The translations under genes were made by a program, and so were the position numbers. Below, piece after piece: positions 19,447 to 27,515 of a stretch of 62,077 nt of DNA (positions are counted from its first letter, which is position 1; each line of letters begins with the position of its first letter). The notes beneath the pieces were generated by a model. It was not told the DNA's origin, made no database searches, and worked only from the letters and a program-made list of their open reading frames with translations. Source of the DNA: Candidatus Nanoarchaeia archaeon (GTDB lineage: Archaea > Nanobdellota > Nanobdellia > Woesearchaeales > GW2011-AR9); the NCBI GenBank assembly GCA_035288985.1, contig DATDYP010000025.1, positions 1 through 62,077 of the forward strand, written 5' to 3'.

Positions 19447-20298
19447 TTACTGAATCTCCCTGTAAGTTGGAGTAAAGCCTACATAGGCAAGATCTTCTAA
19501 TCTTTCCGGATCTTCTGTTTTGAGTAACTGCTCCAGATTTTTCAAATATTCCTCATTTCTCACTTTTGCAGTCTTAAATGCTTCTTCTGGCGAGACGATT
19601 CCGTTTTTGTCAGTATCATTTTCTGGATTGTTCATCTCTTCAGAAAAGAACACCGCAAAGGAGTACTCTTTGTTTCCTACTCCTTCCTCACCTTCTTTGG
19701 TGGAAGATACGGCAATGGCTTTATGCTTTATGTTCTTGGTAAATGATTCGGAATAACAACTGTTAACCACGACGAGAATCTCTTCAGATCGATTTCCATC
19801 AAGAATGGTATCAAGATCATAACCTCGCATAGATGAATGGTCATACTCAAAGCCGATTTTTCCCAAAGGCGAGGCGGAACCATGCTGCATAAAGTAAACG
19901 GTGAATCTCTCTTCTGGTCTTATAGTGCTTTCTAGATCGTTAAGGAGCGTCTTGACATTCTCAGCAGTGGCAATATTGTTATAGGAGCCGTTAAATTCCA
20001 TTCCTAATTCTGCAATTTTATCTTTCGTCACCGGATCGTCAAGTACGGGTTTTCCATCATAGTACAAGACAAAAATATTTTCCGGTTTGTAGCCGTTCTT
20101 GAGCAGTTCATGGTAAACTTGTGCGGTGTAAACCCAGAAGGAATTATGAACTAATGATCTTTCCTCATCCCTTATTTCTGCTCCGGTAACAATCACTGCC
20201 TTATCTCCAGGTACAGTACCGTATCCAGGGTAAGTAGATTCGTATCCTAGCACTGCTAATGCTAGAGGAAGAGCCAGAAAATTTTTTTTGAATGTCAT
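19447..20298 (-). CDS. Secreted clan CD cysteine peptidase (C13/legumain-like)
   Basis: Hydrophobic N-terminus; His-Gly in YFMQHGS, catalytic Cys in VNSCYS, DTDKNGIVSPEEAF tail. Confidence 0.7.
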   Translation of the reverse strand: MTFKKNFLALPLALAVLGYESTYPGYGTVPGDKAVIVTGAEIRDEERSLVHNSFWVYTAQVYHELLKNGYKPENIFVLYYDGKPVLDDPVTKDKIAELGMEFNGSYNNIATAENVKTLLNDLESTIRPEERFTVYFMQHGSASPLGKIGFEYDHSSMRGYDLDTILDGNRSEEILVVVNSCYSESFTKNIKHKAIAVSSTKEGEEGVGNKEYSFAVFFSEEMNNPENDTDKNGIVSPEEAFKTAKVRNEEYLKNLEQLLKTEDPERLEDLAYVGFTPTYREIQ

Positions 20299-20363
20299 TT
20301 AGTTTATCTTATTACTGTTACTTTATAAAATCTCCCCTATTAAGTCACTATCTGGTGGCAAAT

Positions 20364-20399
20364 TCATTTCCCAAAAATCTTCTGATAATTCTTCCAGAT
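20364..20399 (-). repeat. Displaced copy of the tatD 3' end (direct repeat of 22535-22570)
   Basis: 35 of 36 nt identical; encodes IWKNYQKIFGK-stop like the tatD terminus. Confidence 0.9.
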
Positions 20400-20472
20400 T
20401 TGGCAGCCAACATTTTTGCTGGAAACATTTAAATATAAACACATATTAAACGTAATAAACATAATATACAAG

Positions 20473-20703
20473 ATGGTAAGCATAACTTTGGCCGTTCCGG
20501 CGGAACTAAAAACAGAAATGGACCAGCATCCAGAAATGAATTGGTCTGAAGTAGCTCGGCAAGCAATAAAAGAAAAGCTGATGCTTCTTTCAAGAATGGA
20601 CCAGCTTCTTTCCAAAAGCAGGTTGACTGAGAAGGATGCTCTGGAGTTAGGTAGAAAAGTTAATAAGGCCGTGGCAAAACGAGTTTTGAAGTCATGGAAT
20701 TAG
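20473..20703 (+). CDS. Ribbon-helix-helix antitoxin (VapB-like)
   Basis: MVSITLAVPAELK...NWSEVARQAI; overlaps the downstream PIN gene; start reassigned to the ATG at 20473. Confidence 0.85.
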   Translation: MVSITLAVPAELKTEMDQHPEMNWSEVARQAIKEKLMLLSRMDQLLSKSRLTEKDALELGRKVNKAVAKRVLKSWN

Positions 20704-21098
20704 TAGTGGATGCAAATGTTTTCTTTTCTGCGTTAATGAGGGATAGCCATACTCGGCATTTTCTTGTTTTTAGCGGGCACACTCTTTACACTTCTGAATT
20801 TGTATTTGGGGAGATTATGAAACACGGAGGCGAAGTTTCTAAGAAAACGCTGCTTTCAGAAGAAGAAATTAAATCTCTTTTGAATGATATTATGGCCTTA
20901 GCGAATATTCGAGTTATTGCCCTATCAGAATATAAAGAATTCATTAAAGCAGCTCAGACAATATGCCCAGATATAGATGATGTCCATTATTTTGCCTTAG
21001 CCATAAAATTGAAGTGTGCAATTTGGAGCAATGATAAAAAGCTGAAAGAACAGGATAAAATAAAAGTGTATGCTAGCCATGAATTAGTGAGATTGTGA
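20694..21098 (+). CDS. vapC: PIN-domain toxin (VapC-like)
   Basis: VVDANVFFSAL, DIDDVHY, IWSNDKKL acidic PIN motifs. Confidence 0.88.
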   Translation: MELVVDANVFFSALMRDSHTRHFLVFSGHTLYTSEFVFGEIMKHGGEVSKKTLLSEEEIKSLLNDIMALANIRVIALSEYKEFIKAAQTICPDIDDVHYFALAIKLKCAIWSNDKKLKEQDKIKVYASHELVRL

Positions 21099-21125
21099 GG
21101 AAAGAGATTTGTAGTTAGAAGAGAT

Positions 21126-22538
21126 TTAGGGTATAGTGATAATATCATCATCTACTTCAGGTTTGATTATTAAGCCTTCATCAATACATTCGTTTAGCAA
21201 TTTAATTATTCTTAAATAAAATTTAGGTGCTATTTTTTTAACATTTTTTATCGAAATATTTTCATCTTCTACTAATTTAAGTAGAGACTCTGCTTCAATA
21301 ATCTCTTGCTCTAATTCTTCGATAGTTGATGATTGTTTTGGAGTTAAAGTTCCTTTTTCTTTTAACAATAATTTTTCAAGGACCATTCTGTATTCAAGTA
21401 AGCCTTCAATTTGTTTTTTTATTTTTTCTTCTCTAAAACATACTCTGAATCTTATATCAAATAATTTCTCTTTAGTTTCATTTAATTCTTGCAATTTTAA
21501 GAAACTTTTAATCTTATATAAAGATGGAAAATGTTCTGAGTTTAGTTCTTCTGGAGTTATATCCGGTTTATGACCTAAAAAATCTAGAATAAATGATATG
21601 AAATTATGGGTTGATATGTTGAATTTTCTAAGTATTGTCTCTTCGTATGGTTTCCATTTATTTTCTTCTAATCTCTTAGATAAGTAATAAGTTATCACAC
21701 CTGCTATAATACTTGCGATAAAACCAAGGATAGCACCTAAAATTAAATTATTCCGATTTGTTCTGTTTTGGGCTGCTTTTGCTTCTTTATCGTTCCAAAA
21801 CCAAATTGTTTTGTCACCATCTCCTTCAAATATGAAGGCCCAACGATAAAATATTTTATCTCCGACATGATAAGGTTCTCTTTTTGATTCTTTAGCATTT
21901 GGGAGAAAACGAGGTATATCTGATTCAGCAGGTAAGACTATGCTGTTTTCTATTTGCTTTTCCTTCATGTTCGGTAAAAATAAGTTTGCAACTTGATAGT
22001 CTCCTTGCTCAAAAATAAAAGTAGGCGTTTTATAATATATAATAATAGCAAATCTCTCTCCAGATGTATTGAATTCTGGATTAAAATGTATTCTGTAATT
22101 GGGGTAATTCTTTAACTCTAATTTTCCGTTACTAACATAATATCTGTTATTGTTGGATGTTGTTAATGTGTAGTTATATTTCTCTAAACAATCTTTCATG
22201 GGAAATCCAGTTTGCCAGTCGAAACCATATTGATTTCCTAATCTACAGATGTTAACTGAAAATTCCTCAATCGGAGCGCTAGTCATTCTTTCCCATGGAT
22301 CAAAAGAGATATCAACCTCTAGATGATTTTTTAAATAATCATCATCAACATAAAGAATAGCGAGTATATTTGACTCAAGATTTCCTTCTAGTGTAATCAA
22401 GTTTGCTCCTTTAATATCTTCAAATCGAAGATATTCACTTTCCTCTGCTACATATATCTCGTATGCTTCTACAGAAAAAGAGAAAAACATAATTAAAATG
22501 ATATAAACAATAAGGGGTTTTTTCATTTTCAATATCAT
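21126..22538 (-). CDS. Membrane-anchored hypothetical protein (signal peptide, extracellular domain, transmembrane helix, cytoplasmic domain)
   Basis: N-terminal hydrophobic stretch, internal LILGAILGFIASIIAGVITYYL; visibly AT-rich; start overlaps the tatD stop. Confidence 0.65.
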   Translation of the reverse strand: MILKMKKPLIVYIILIMFFSFSVEAYEIYVAEESEYLRFEDIKGANLITLEGNLESNILAILYVDDDYLKNHLEVDISFDPWERMTSAPIEEFSVNICRLGNQYGFDWQTGFPMKDCLEKYNYTLTTSNNNRYYVSNGKLELKNYPNYRIHFNPEFNTSGERFAIIIYYKTPTFIFEQGDYQVANLFLPNMKEKQIENSIVLPAESDIPRFLPNAKESKREPYHVGDKIFYRWAFIFEGDGDKTIWFWNDKEAKAAQNRTNRNNLILGAILGFIASIIAGVITYYLSKRLEENKWKPYEETILRKFNISTHNFISFILDFLGHKPDITPEELNSEHFPSLYKIKSFLKLQELNETKEKLFDIRFRVCFREEKIKKQIEGLLEYRMVLEKLLLKEKGTLTPKQSSTIEELEQEIIEAESLLKLVEDENISIKNVKKIAPKFYLRIIKLLNECIDEGLIIKPEVDDDIITIP

Positions 22539-23341
22539 TTCCCAAATATCTTCTGATAATTCTTCCAGATCTGCTCAGCCACTTCTCTCTCAGAAAGTTC
22601 TTTCACTAAAGCTATCTGCTTGATACTCTCAGTCACAAAAGCAGGCTCGTTCATCTGATCTTTGTACGGGCTTAGCCATGGTGAATCAGTTTCGGTCAGC
22701 AGTTGAGTTAATGGCACTTTCTTTACCAAAGTCTGAAAGTTAGACGACTTCACAATACACGGAGGAATAGAAAAATAATGTCCAAGTTCTACCCCTTTGC
22801 TGATCAACGATTTCCGTCCGGAGAAGCAGTGCTGTATGACCGGAATTTCCTGGTTCTTGACCTCTTCTTCCAATATCTGCATACATTCCTCTTCTGCTTT
22901 TCTGGAATGGATGACTAAAGGCTTCTTGACTTTGATAGCAAAGCGGATGATCTTGCGAAAGTTTTCAGCTTGTTGTTGATACGTTTTTTCTTTATCGGCC
23001 CAGTGGAAATCCATGCCCACTTCGCCGATGCAGTGCACTACAGCTTTATTCTTTTCAATGAATTTGAATTCTTCGTTTAGATTGATTGCGCCTTTATGAT
23101 GCGGCAATCCTACACCATCCGGCTGGATTCCAAGAGCGTCTATAGGGTATATTCCTAGACTGGCTTTGATTAGCTTTGGATGTTTTTTTGCTAAAGCAAG
23201 AACTTCCCTATTTGCTTCAGGATTGACGCCCGAAACAACGATCGCTTTCAAGCCCGCTTTCTCTGCGCGCTTAATAACAGCATCGAGCTTGTCTTTGAAA
23301 TAAGCATGGTTCAGATGGCAGTGCACGTCAATGAGATTCAT
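22535..23341 (-). CDS. tatD: TatD-family DNase
   Basis: IDVHCHL, IGEVGMDF, VIHSRKAE, IQHCFSG, LLTETDSP. Confidence 0.94.
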   Translation of the reverse strand: MNLIDVHCHLNHAYFKDKLDAVIKRAEKAGLKAIVVSGVNPEANREVLALAKKHPKLIKASLGIYPIDALGIQPDGVGLPHHKGAINLNEEFKFIEKNKAVVHCIGEVGMDFHWADKEKTYQQQAENFRKIIRFAIKVKKPLVIHSRKAEEECMQILEEEVKNQEIPVIQHCFSGRKSLISKGVELGHYFSIPPCIVKSSNFQTLVKKVPLTQLLTETDSPWLSPYKDQMNEPAFVTESIKQIALVKELSEREVAEQIWKNYQKIFGK

Positions 23342-23493
23342 AACTTATGTGTATTGTGAGGTGATATAAACTTTTCTCTACTGCTGATCTTTATGATATC
23401 ATACTCCTTAAAGGGATGATAACCTCCAGAAATACCAAAAGCAGAAGCTACTTTTTCTAAAAACCTATGCCATACTGTACTTTTTGAAGCCAT
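23338..23493 (-). CDS. Possible small protein, 51 aa (MASKSTVWHRFLEKVASAFGISGGYHPF...)
   Basis: Hand translation; TTTATAAA about 27 nt upstream of the ATG; stop overlaps the tatD ATG. Confidence 0.35.
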   Translation of the reverse strand: MASKSTVWHRFLEKVASAFGISGGYHPFKEYDIIKISSREKFISPHNTHKL

Positions 23494-23547
23494 GGCAATA
23501 TAAGAGTCTTTTTATTTATAAAGTTTACTACTGAATAAGTGTAACAA

Positions 23548-23850
23548 CTACTTCAAACCGCCAAACGCCGCTTCCTCAAGCAAGTCATCTAAAACACGGT
23601 TTAAGACTTCCCGTTCTAGTCTCCGTGAGGGTTTCGCTGTCACATTTCTACGGACATGGTCGTAGTCAGCTTTTCGTTGGGGGTGTGAAAGAACTGCGTA
23701 GGCTTCAGCGATGACTGTAAGGTGCTGCAATGCATGTCCGCTCTGGTCTAAGCTATGTAAAAAAACCTGTTGCCGATAGGTTCTCTCAATCTCTTCTGGT
23801 GATGCGGTATCGTGAATTCCTAGAAGGGCATAAAGGTCTGCCACAATCAA
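23548..23850 (-). CDS. Small J-domain-like protein lacking HPD
   Basis: DLYALLGIHDTASPEEIERTYR, IAEAYAVLSHPQRKADYD; HSLD in place of HPD. Confidence 0.75.
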   Translation of the reverse strand: MIVADLYALLGIHDTASPEEIERTYRQQVFLHSLDQSGHALQHLTVIAEAYAVLSHPQRKADYDHVRRNVTAKPSRRLEREVLNRVLDDLLEEAAFGGLK

Positions 23851-24233
23851 TCAACTCTCACCAGATACTCCAGCGTCAGTGCACGTGCCGGAATGACCGC
23901 TGCTCCCTGAACAGTGAACTTATCCAGCAAATCGGCATGAAAATTAAAGTAATGTTTTTCCCGTTCCCGGCCAGAGAAGACCTGGTAGCGTATGCTGACC
24001 GATTCCCCAGGCCTGCCATGAAAATGTTCCCGGGCAAATTTAGCAGCTTCGGCCGGCATTACCGGTTCCAGATGGTATCTGATCCCATAGACATGCCCAT
24101 GGATGTAAATTCCATCTAACAACGACTTTTCCGTAATTGCTCCAATGAGCACACAAGCAGCTTCCCGAGTGACTGGCAGGTCTGTTTTCTGCTTTCTTCC
24201 GGCGAGAAAGTTACCTATTGTTCGCAGAACCAT
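23847..24233 (-). CDS. Hypothetical protein
   Basis: 128-aa ORF, stop overlaps the next start. Confidence 0.55.
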   Translation of the reverse strand: MVLRTIGNFLAGRKQKTDLPVTREAACVLIGAITEKSLLDGIYIHGHVYGIRYHLEPVMPAEAAKFAREHFHGRPGESVSIRYQVFSGREREKHYFNFHADLLDKFTVQGAAVIPARALTLEYLVRVD

Positions 24234-24330
24234 TGCTAAAAGATACTATAGAGGTTTTTAATATTTTTGTTTTTATATGTTAAAAGGACAGATAGCTCCG
24301 CACTTTTATGAGATCTTGTTATTTTAAAAT

Positions 24331-24960
24331 TTATTCAAGAATACAAATGCTTGAACTGTAAAGAATTCCAGTATGCTTTAATAATCTTCTTTCCAATTCT
24401 TCCGTAGCCTGCTTATCGGATGCATAGTGTCCTGCTCCAAAATTATCAATAACAACATCAGCTATTCCTTGAAGTTCAGGATATTGCCTAAATGCATCTT
24501 CTAAATTGAGATTAATCAACCATATTTTATCTTTGTTTAAGAAAAGTCTACATCTTTCTTGGTAGATTTTAAGTCTTCTTTTAGTTTCTTCCTTCACTGG
24601 AAGAGATTCAGCAAAAAGGAGCATCTCAAGCATTAATTTATAATTTGCTGGATCTATAACTATAGGTTTTTGGAGAGGGTTGTTATGAACTACTGAAGGT
24701 ATAAATTCACCTAATCCAGCTCCAACCTCTACATATAATAACAAAGGATTGATTCTTCTTTCTCCGATTGTATAGTGGTATTCCTTTAGATCGCGCCCAG
24801 TTATCAAAAAATTACCGTGGTCTTCTCGGCGTTCTACAGAAAACATAGCAGGAGTATGATCTACCCACTTAGGATAATCTCTAATCTTTAGTGTATACCC
24901 TTCTCTTTTAGCTTTTATATTAGTCGTGAACGCTTCTCTCCTTTCAACTTCATATCCCAT
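24331..24960 (-). CDS. Hypothetical protein, possible class I SAM-methyltransferase-like fold
   Basis: YVEVGAGLGEF glycine-rich motif, DVVIDNFG; AT-rich. Confidence 0.45.
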   Translation of the reverse strand: MGYEVERREAFTTNIKAKREGYTLKIRDYPKWVDHTPAMFSVERREDHGNFLITGRDLKEYHYTIGERRINPLLLYVEVGAGLGEFIPSVVHNNPLQKPIVIDPANYKLMLEMLLFAESLPVKEETKRRLKIYQERCRLFLNKDKIWLINLNLEDAFRQYPELQGIADVVIDNFGAGHYASDKQATEELERRLLKHTGILYSSSICILE

Positions 24961-25165
24961 AGAATAGGCCCACTCTTCATTGTATTATAAATGTTACCCT
25001 CAAATTGTGACAAAAGATATTTAAATAAAGGACAATCTGATTATAAACATGGATTCCGTCCGCGCTTGTGGAAGTTAAGAAATTCTTGTTCTTTTAGTAG
25101 TTGTTAAGCCATTAACAAATTAAAATTTAATAAAAAAGATAATCACAGCATCACGAGGCAATAAC

Positions 25166-26176
25166 ATGAAACTCAACCAAAATCCAAAAGAAAAACATGT
25201 ACAGTATGCAGTCAGGGAATGTATCACCCTAGAAGGGCATCCGGAAATAAAAGGCTATGATTTTGAACAGCCCTTCAATTTCCAGGAATTCCTAAAAGCC
25301 TATTCATTAACTGGTTTTCAGGCCACTCATCTAGCTCAAGGCATAGAAATTATCAAAGCCATGCGCCGGGAGAAGGCAACAATTTTCCTCAGCTTTACCT
25401 CCAATCAAGTCAGTTCTGGGAATAGAGAGATCATTAAATATTTAGTGAAGCACAGGAAAGTTGATGTACTAGTCACCTCTGCTGGCGGAGTGGAAGAAGA
25501 CATTATCAAGTGCCTTAAGCCATTTGTGCTGGGTAATTTTGATGTCTCTGGTCGAATGATGTTTGAGAATGGCGTGAACAGAACCGGAAATATCTTTGTC
25601 CCTAATGATCGCTTTGCCTTATTTGATGATTTCATGCAGAAGTTCTTCGAGCGGATCTACAAGATTCAGAAAGAGACCGGAAAAGTATTCTGTCCTAAGG
25701 ATTTGATCAAGGAATTAGGTATCGAGATCAATGATGAGAATTCCATTCTCTACTGGGCGGCAAAAAATAATATTCCGATCTTCTGTCCGGGATTGATTGA
25801 TGGTTCTTTAGGAGACCTGATTTACTTCTTCAAGCAAAGCCATCCTGATTTCCTGATTGATGTGACTAAAGAAATGAAAGATATTGTTGATTTAGTATTG
25901 AATTCAGAAAAGACCGGCGCAATTGTCTTAGGCGGCGGCATCAGCAAGCATTTCACCCTTAATGCCAATATTTTTAAGGAAGGGCTTGACTATGCCGTGT
26001 ACGTTAATACAGCACAGGAATATGACGGTTCAGATTCTGGCGCTCGCGTTGAGGAAGCGATCACCTGGGGAAAGATCAAAGTGAATGCGCCTAGTGTGAA
26101 AATTCACTGCGATGCAACGATTGTGTTTCCGTTGTTGGTGGCTGGAGCGTTTGTAAATGCTGAAGAAACTGCGTGA
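25166..26176 (+). CDS. dys: Deoxyhypusine synthase
   Basis: GFQATHL, TSAGGVEEDIIKC, LGGGISKH, DGSDSGARVEEAITWGK. Confidence 0.95.
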   Translation: MKLNQNPKEKHVQYAVRECITLEGHPEIKGYDFEQPFNFQEFLKAYSLTGFQATHLAQGIEIIKAMRREKATIFLSFTSNQVSSGNREIIKYLVKHRKVDVLVTSAGGVEEDIIKCLKPFVLGNFDVSGRMMFENGVNRTGNIFVPNDRFALFDDFMQKFFERIYKIQKETGKVFCPKDLIKELGIEINDENSILYWAAKNNIPIFCPGLIDGSLGDLIYFFKQSHPDFLIDVTKEMKDIVDLVLNSEKTGAIVLGGGISKHFTLNANIFKEGLDYAVYVNTAQEYDGSDSGARVEEAITWGKIKVNAPSVKIHCDATIVFPLLVAGAFVNAEETA

Positions 26177-26906
26177 TTTTGTTACGGGAGAACCAAGAAA
26201 AAGACAGCTAATTGCTACACTTGACGATTTTCTAGCTTCTGCACAAGATAATTCTTTAACAGATGAACAAGCAAAGAAAAATTTAGAGGAAGGTGTAATT
26301 GAGCTTCTCGAATATGGGCGACATTCCTCTAACGGCCTTCTGATTACTGATGATGGTTATTTTCTAACTGCCAAGCATTGCCTTGAAAAACCAGTTCCAG
26401 GAGCAGTTAGATCCTATGATGGAAAGATATACAAGTTAGAGAGATGGTCATTATCGCTTCCAAAATATTTTGGAGTGTTTGATGTCGCTATTGGAAAAGC
26501 AGTCATACCAGAAAAACAAAACAGTAAGAAATATCGCATATGTTCGCTTGGCAAATTTATTTCCCCTTTTACTACTATTCCTTTTAAGAGAGATATTGTA
26601 CGTCTTAGTAGATTGAATCAAGAATTAATTTTTCACCATCAGAAAGTGCTGGATGTAATCACATTAAAGGGATATAATCATCTCCCGGTCGCAATTAGGT
26701 ATCAAGGATATGGTGCTACTGATGAACTACAACCTGGTGAATCTGGTGGGATACTTGCAACTACAGATGCAAGAATCTTGGGTATCCATACGAGCAAACA
26801 GAAAAAATTAGATTGCAATGATTATGCTTGTAATTTTGGGATTAGTATAGATGTGGGGTTGTGGCTTATTTCTCACTACAAAGGTATGCTAGAATCACGC
26901 TTATAA
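26157..26906 (+). CDS. Trypsin-like serine protease (S1) with N-terminal extension
   Basis: Catalytic triad motifs LTAKHC, FDVAI, PGESGG. Confidence 0.75.
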   Translation: MLKKLRDFVTGEPRKRQLIATLDDFLASAQDNSLTDEQAKKNLEEGVIELLEYGRHSSNGLLITDDGYFLTAKHCLEKPVPGAVRSYDGKIYKLERWSLSLPKYFGVFDVAIGKAVIPEKQNSKKYRICSLGKFISPFTTIPFKRDIVRLSRLNQELIFHHQKVLDVITLKGYNHLPVAIRYQGYGATDELQPGESGGILATTDARILGIHTSKQKKLDCNDYACNFGISIDVGLWLISHYKGMLESRL

Positions 26907-26977
26907 TCCCCCCAGACCCAGAAAATTTATAAAGAATTTGCAGTTGATACCTCTACAACTAGAAAAGGTGGTCATTT

Positions 26978-27403
26978 ATGCCAATCATAAAAATAAACAT
27001 ACATAAGTTGAACGCAGAACGAAGCCTAAAAGCCAAGGGCGGGCAAGTGAAGATTAATAATAATGTTTCTATCAAGGATGTTGAAGATATGTCCTTTGCC
27101 CTGGAAGGCAAGAAAGGGCTAAAATTCACTTTTGATTTTACCTGCAATTACGAGCCCGATTTGGGAAAGATAGAAGTGGAAGGCCAAGTATTATTTGTCG
27201 ACGAAACCGCAACAATTGAAAACGTTAAAAAAGCCTGGGAGAAGGGCAAGAAGATCCCTATGGATGTGATGGAGCAGATTGTCAACGGCGCTCTGCACAA
27301 GGGTAATATCCAAGCCATCAAGATCAGCGAGGATGTTAGTCTACCCAGTCCTTTACCCTTGCCGAAAGTCCGGCCTGGATCAGGGAAAGAAGAGAAGGAG
27401 TAA
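26978..27403 (+). CDS. Conserved archaeal hypothetical protein, possibly SecB-like fold
   Basis: KINNNVSIKDVE, FTFDFTCNYEP, LPSPLPLPKV pattern recalled from uncharacterised archaeal proteins; fold is inferred. Confidence 0.5.
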   Translation: MPIIKINIHKLNAERSLKAKGGQVKINNNVSIKDVEDMSFALEGKKGLKFTFDFTCNYEPDLGKIEVEGQVLFVDETATIENVKKAWEKGKKIPMDVMEQIVNGALHKGNIQAIKISEDVSLPSPLPLPKVRPGSGKEEKE

Positions 27404-27515
27404 AAAGGGTTTTTCTTAGCATTTTTAGGACCTTTATGAAGCATAATCTTTATAAAGTAATAAAGCAAAAAATCTCTAGGGGTAGGGGTACCGATCAGTT
27501 ATAAGACCACTAACA

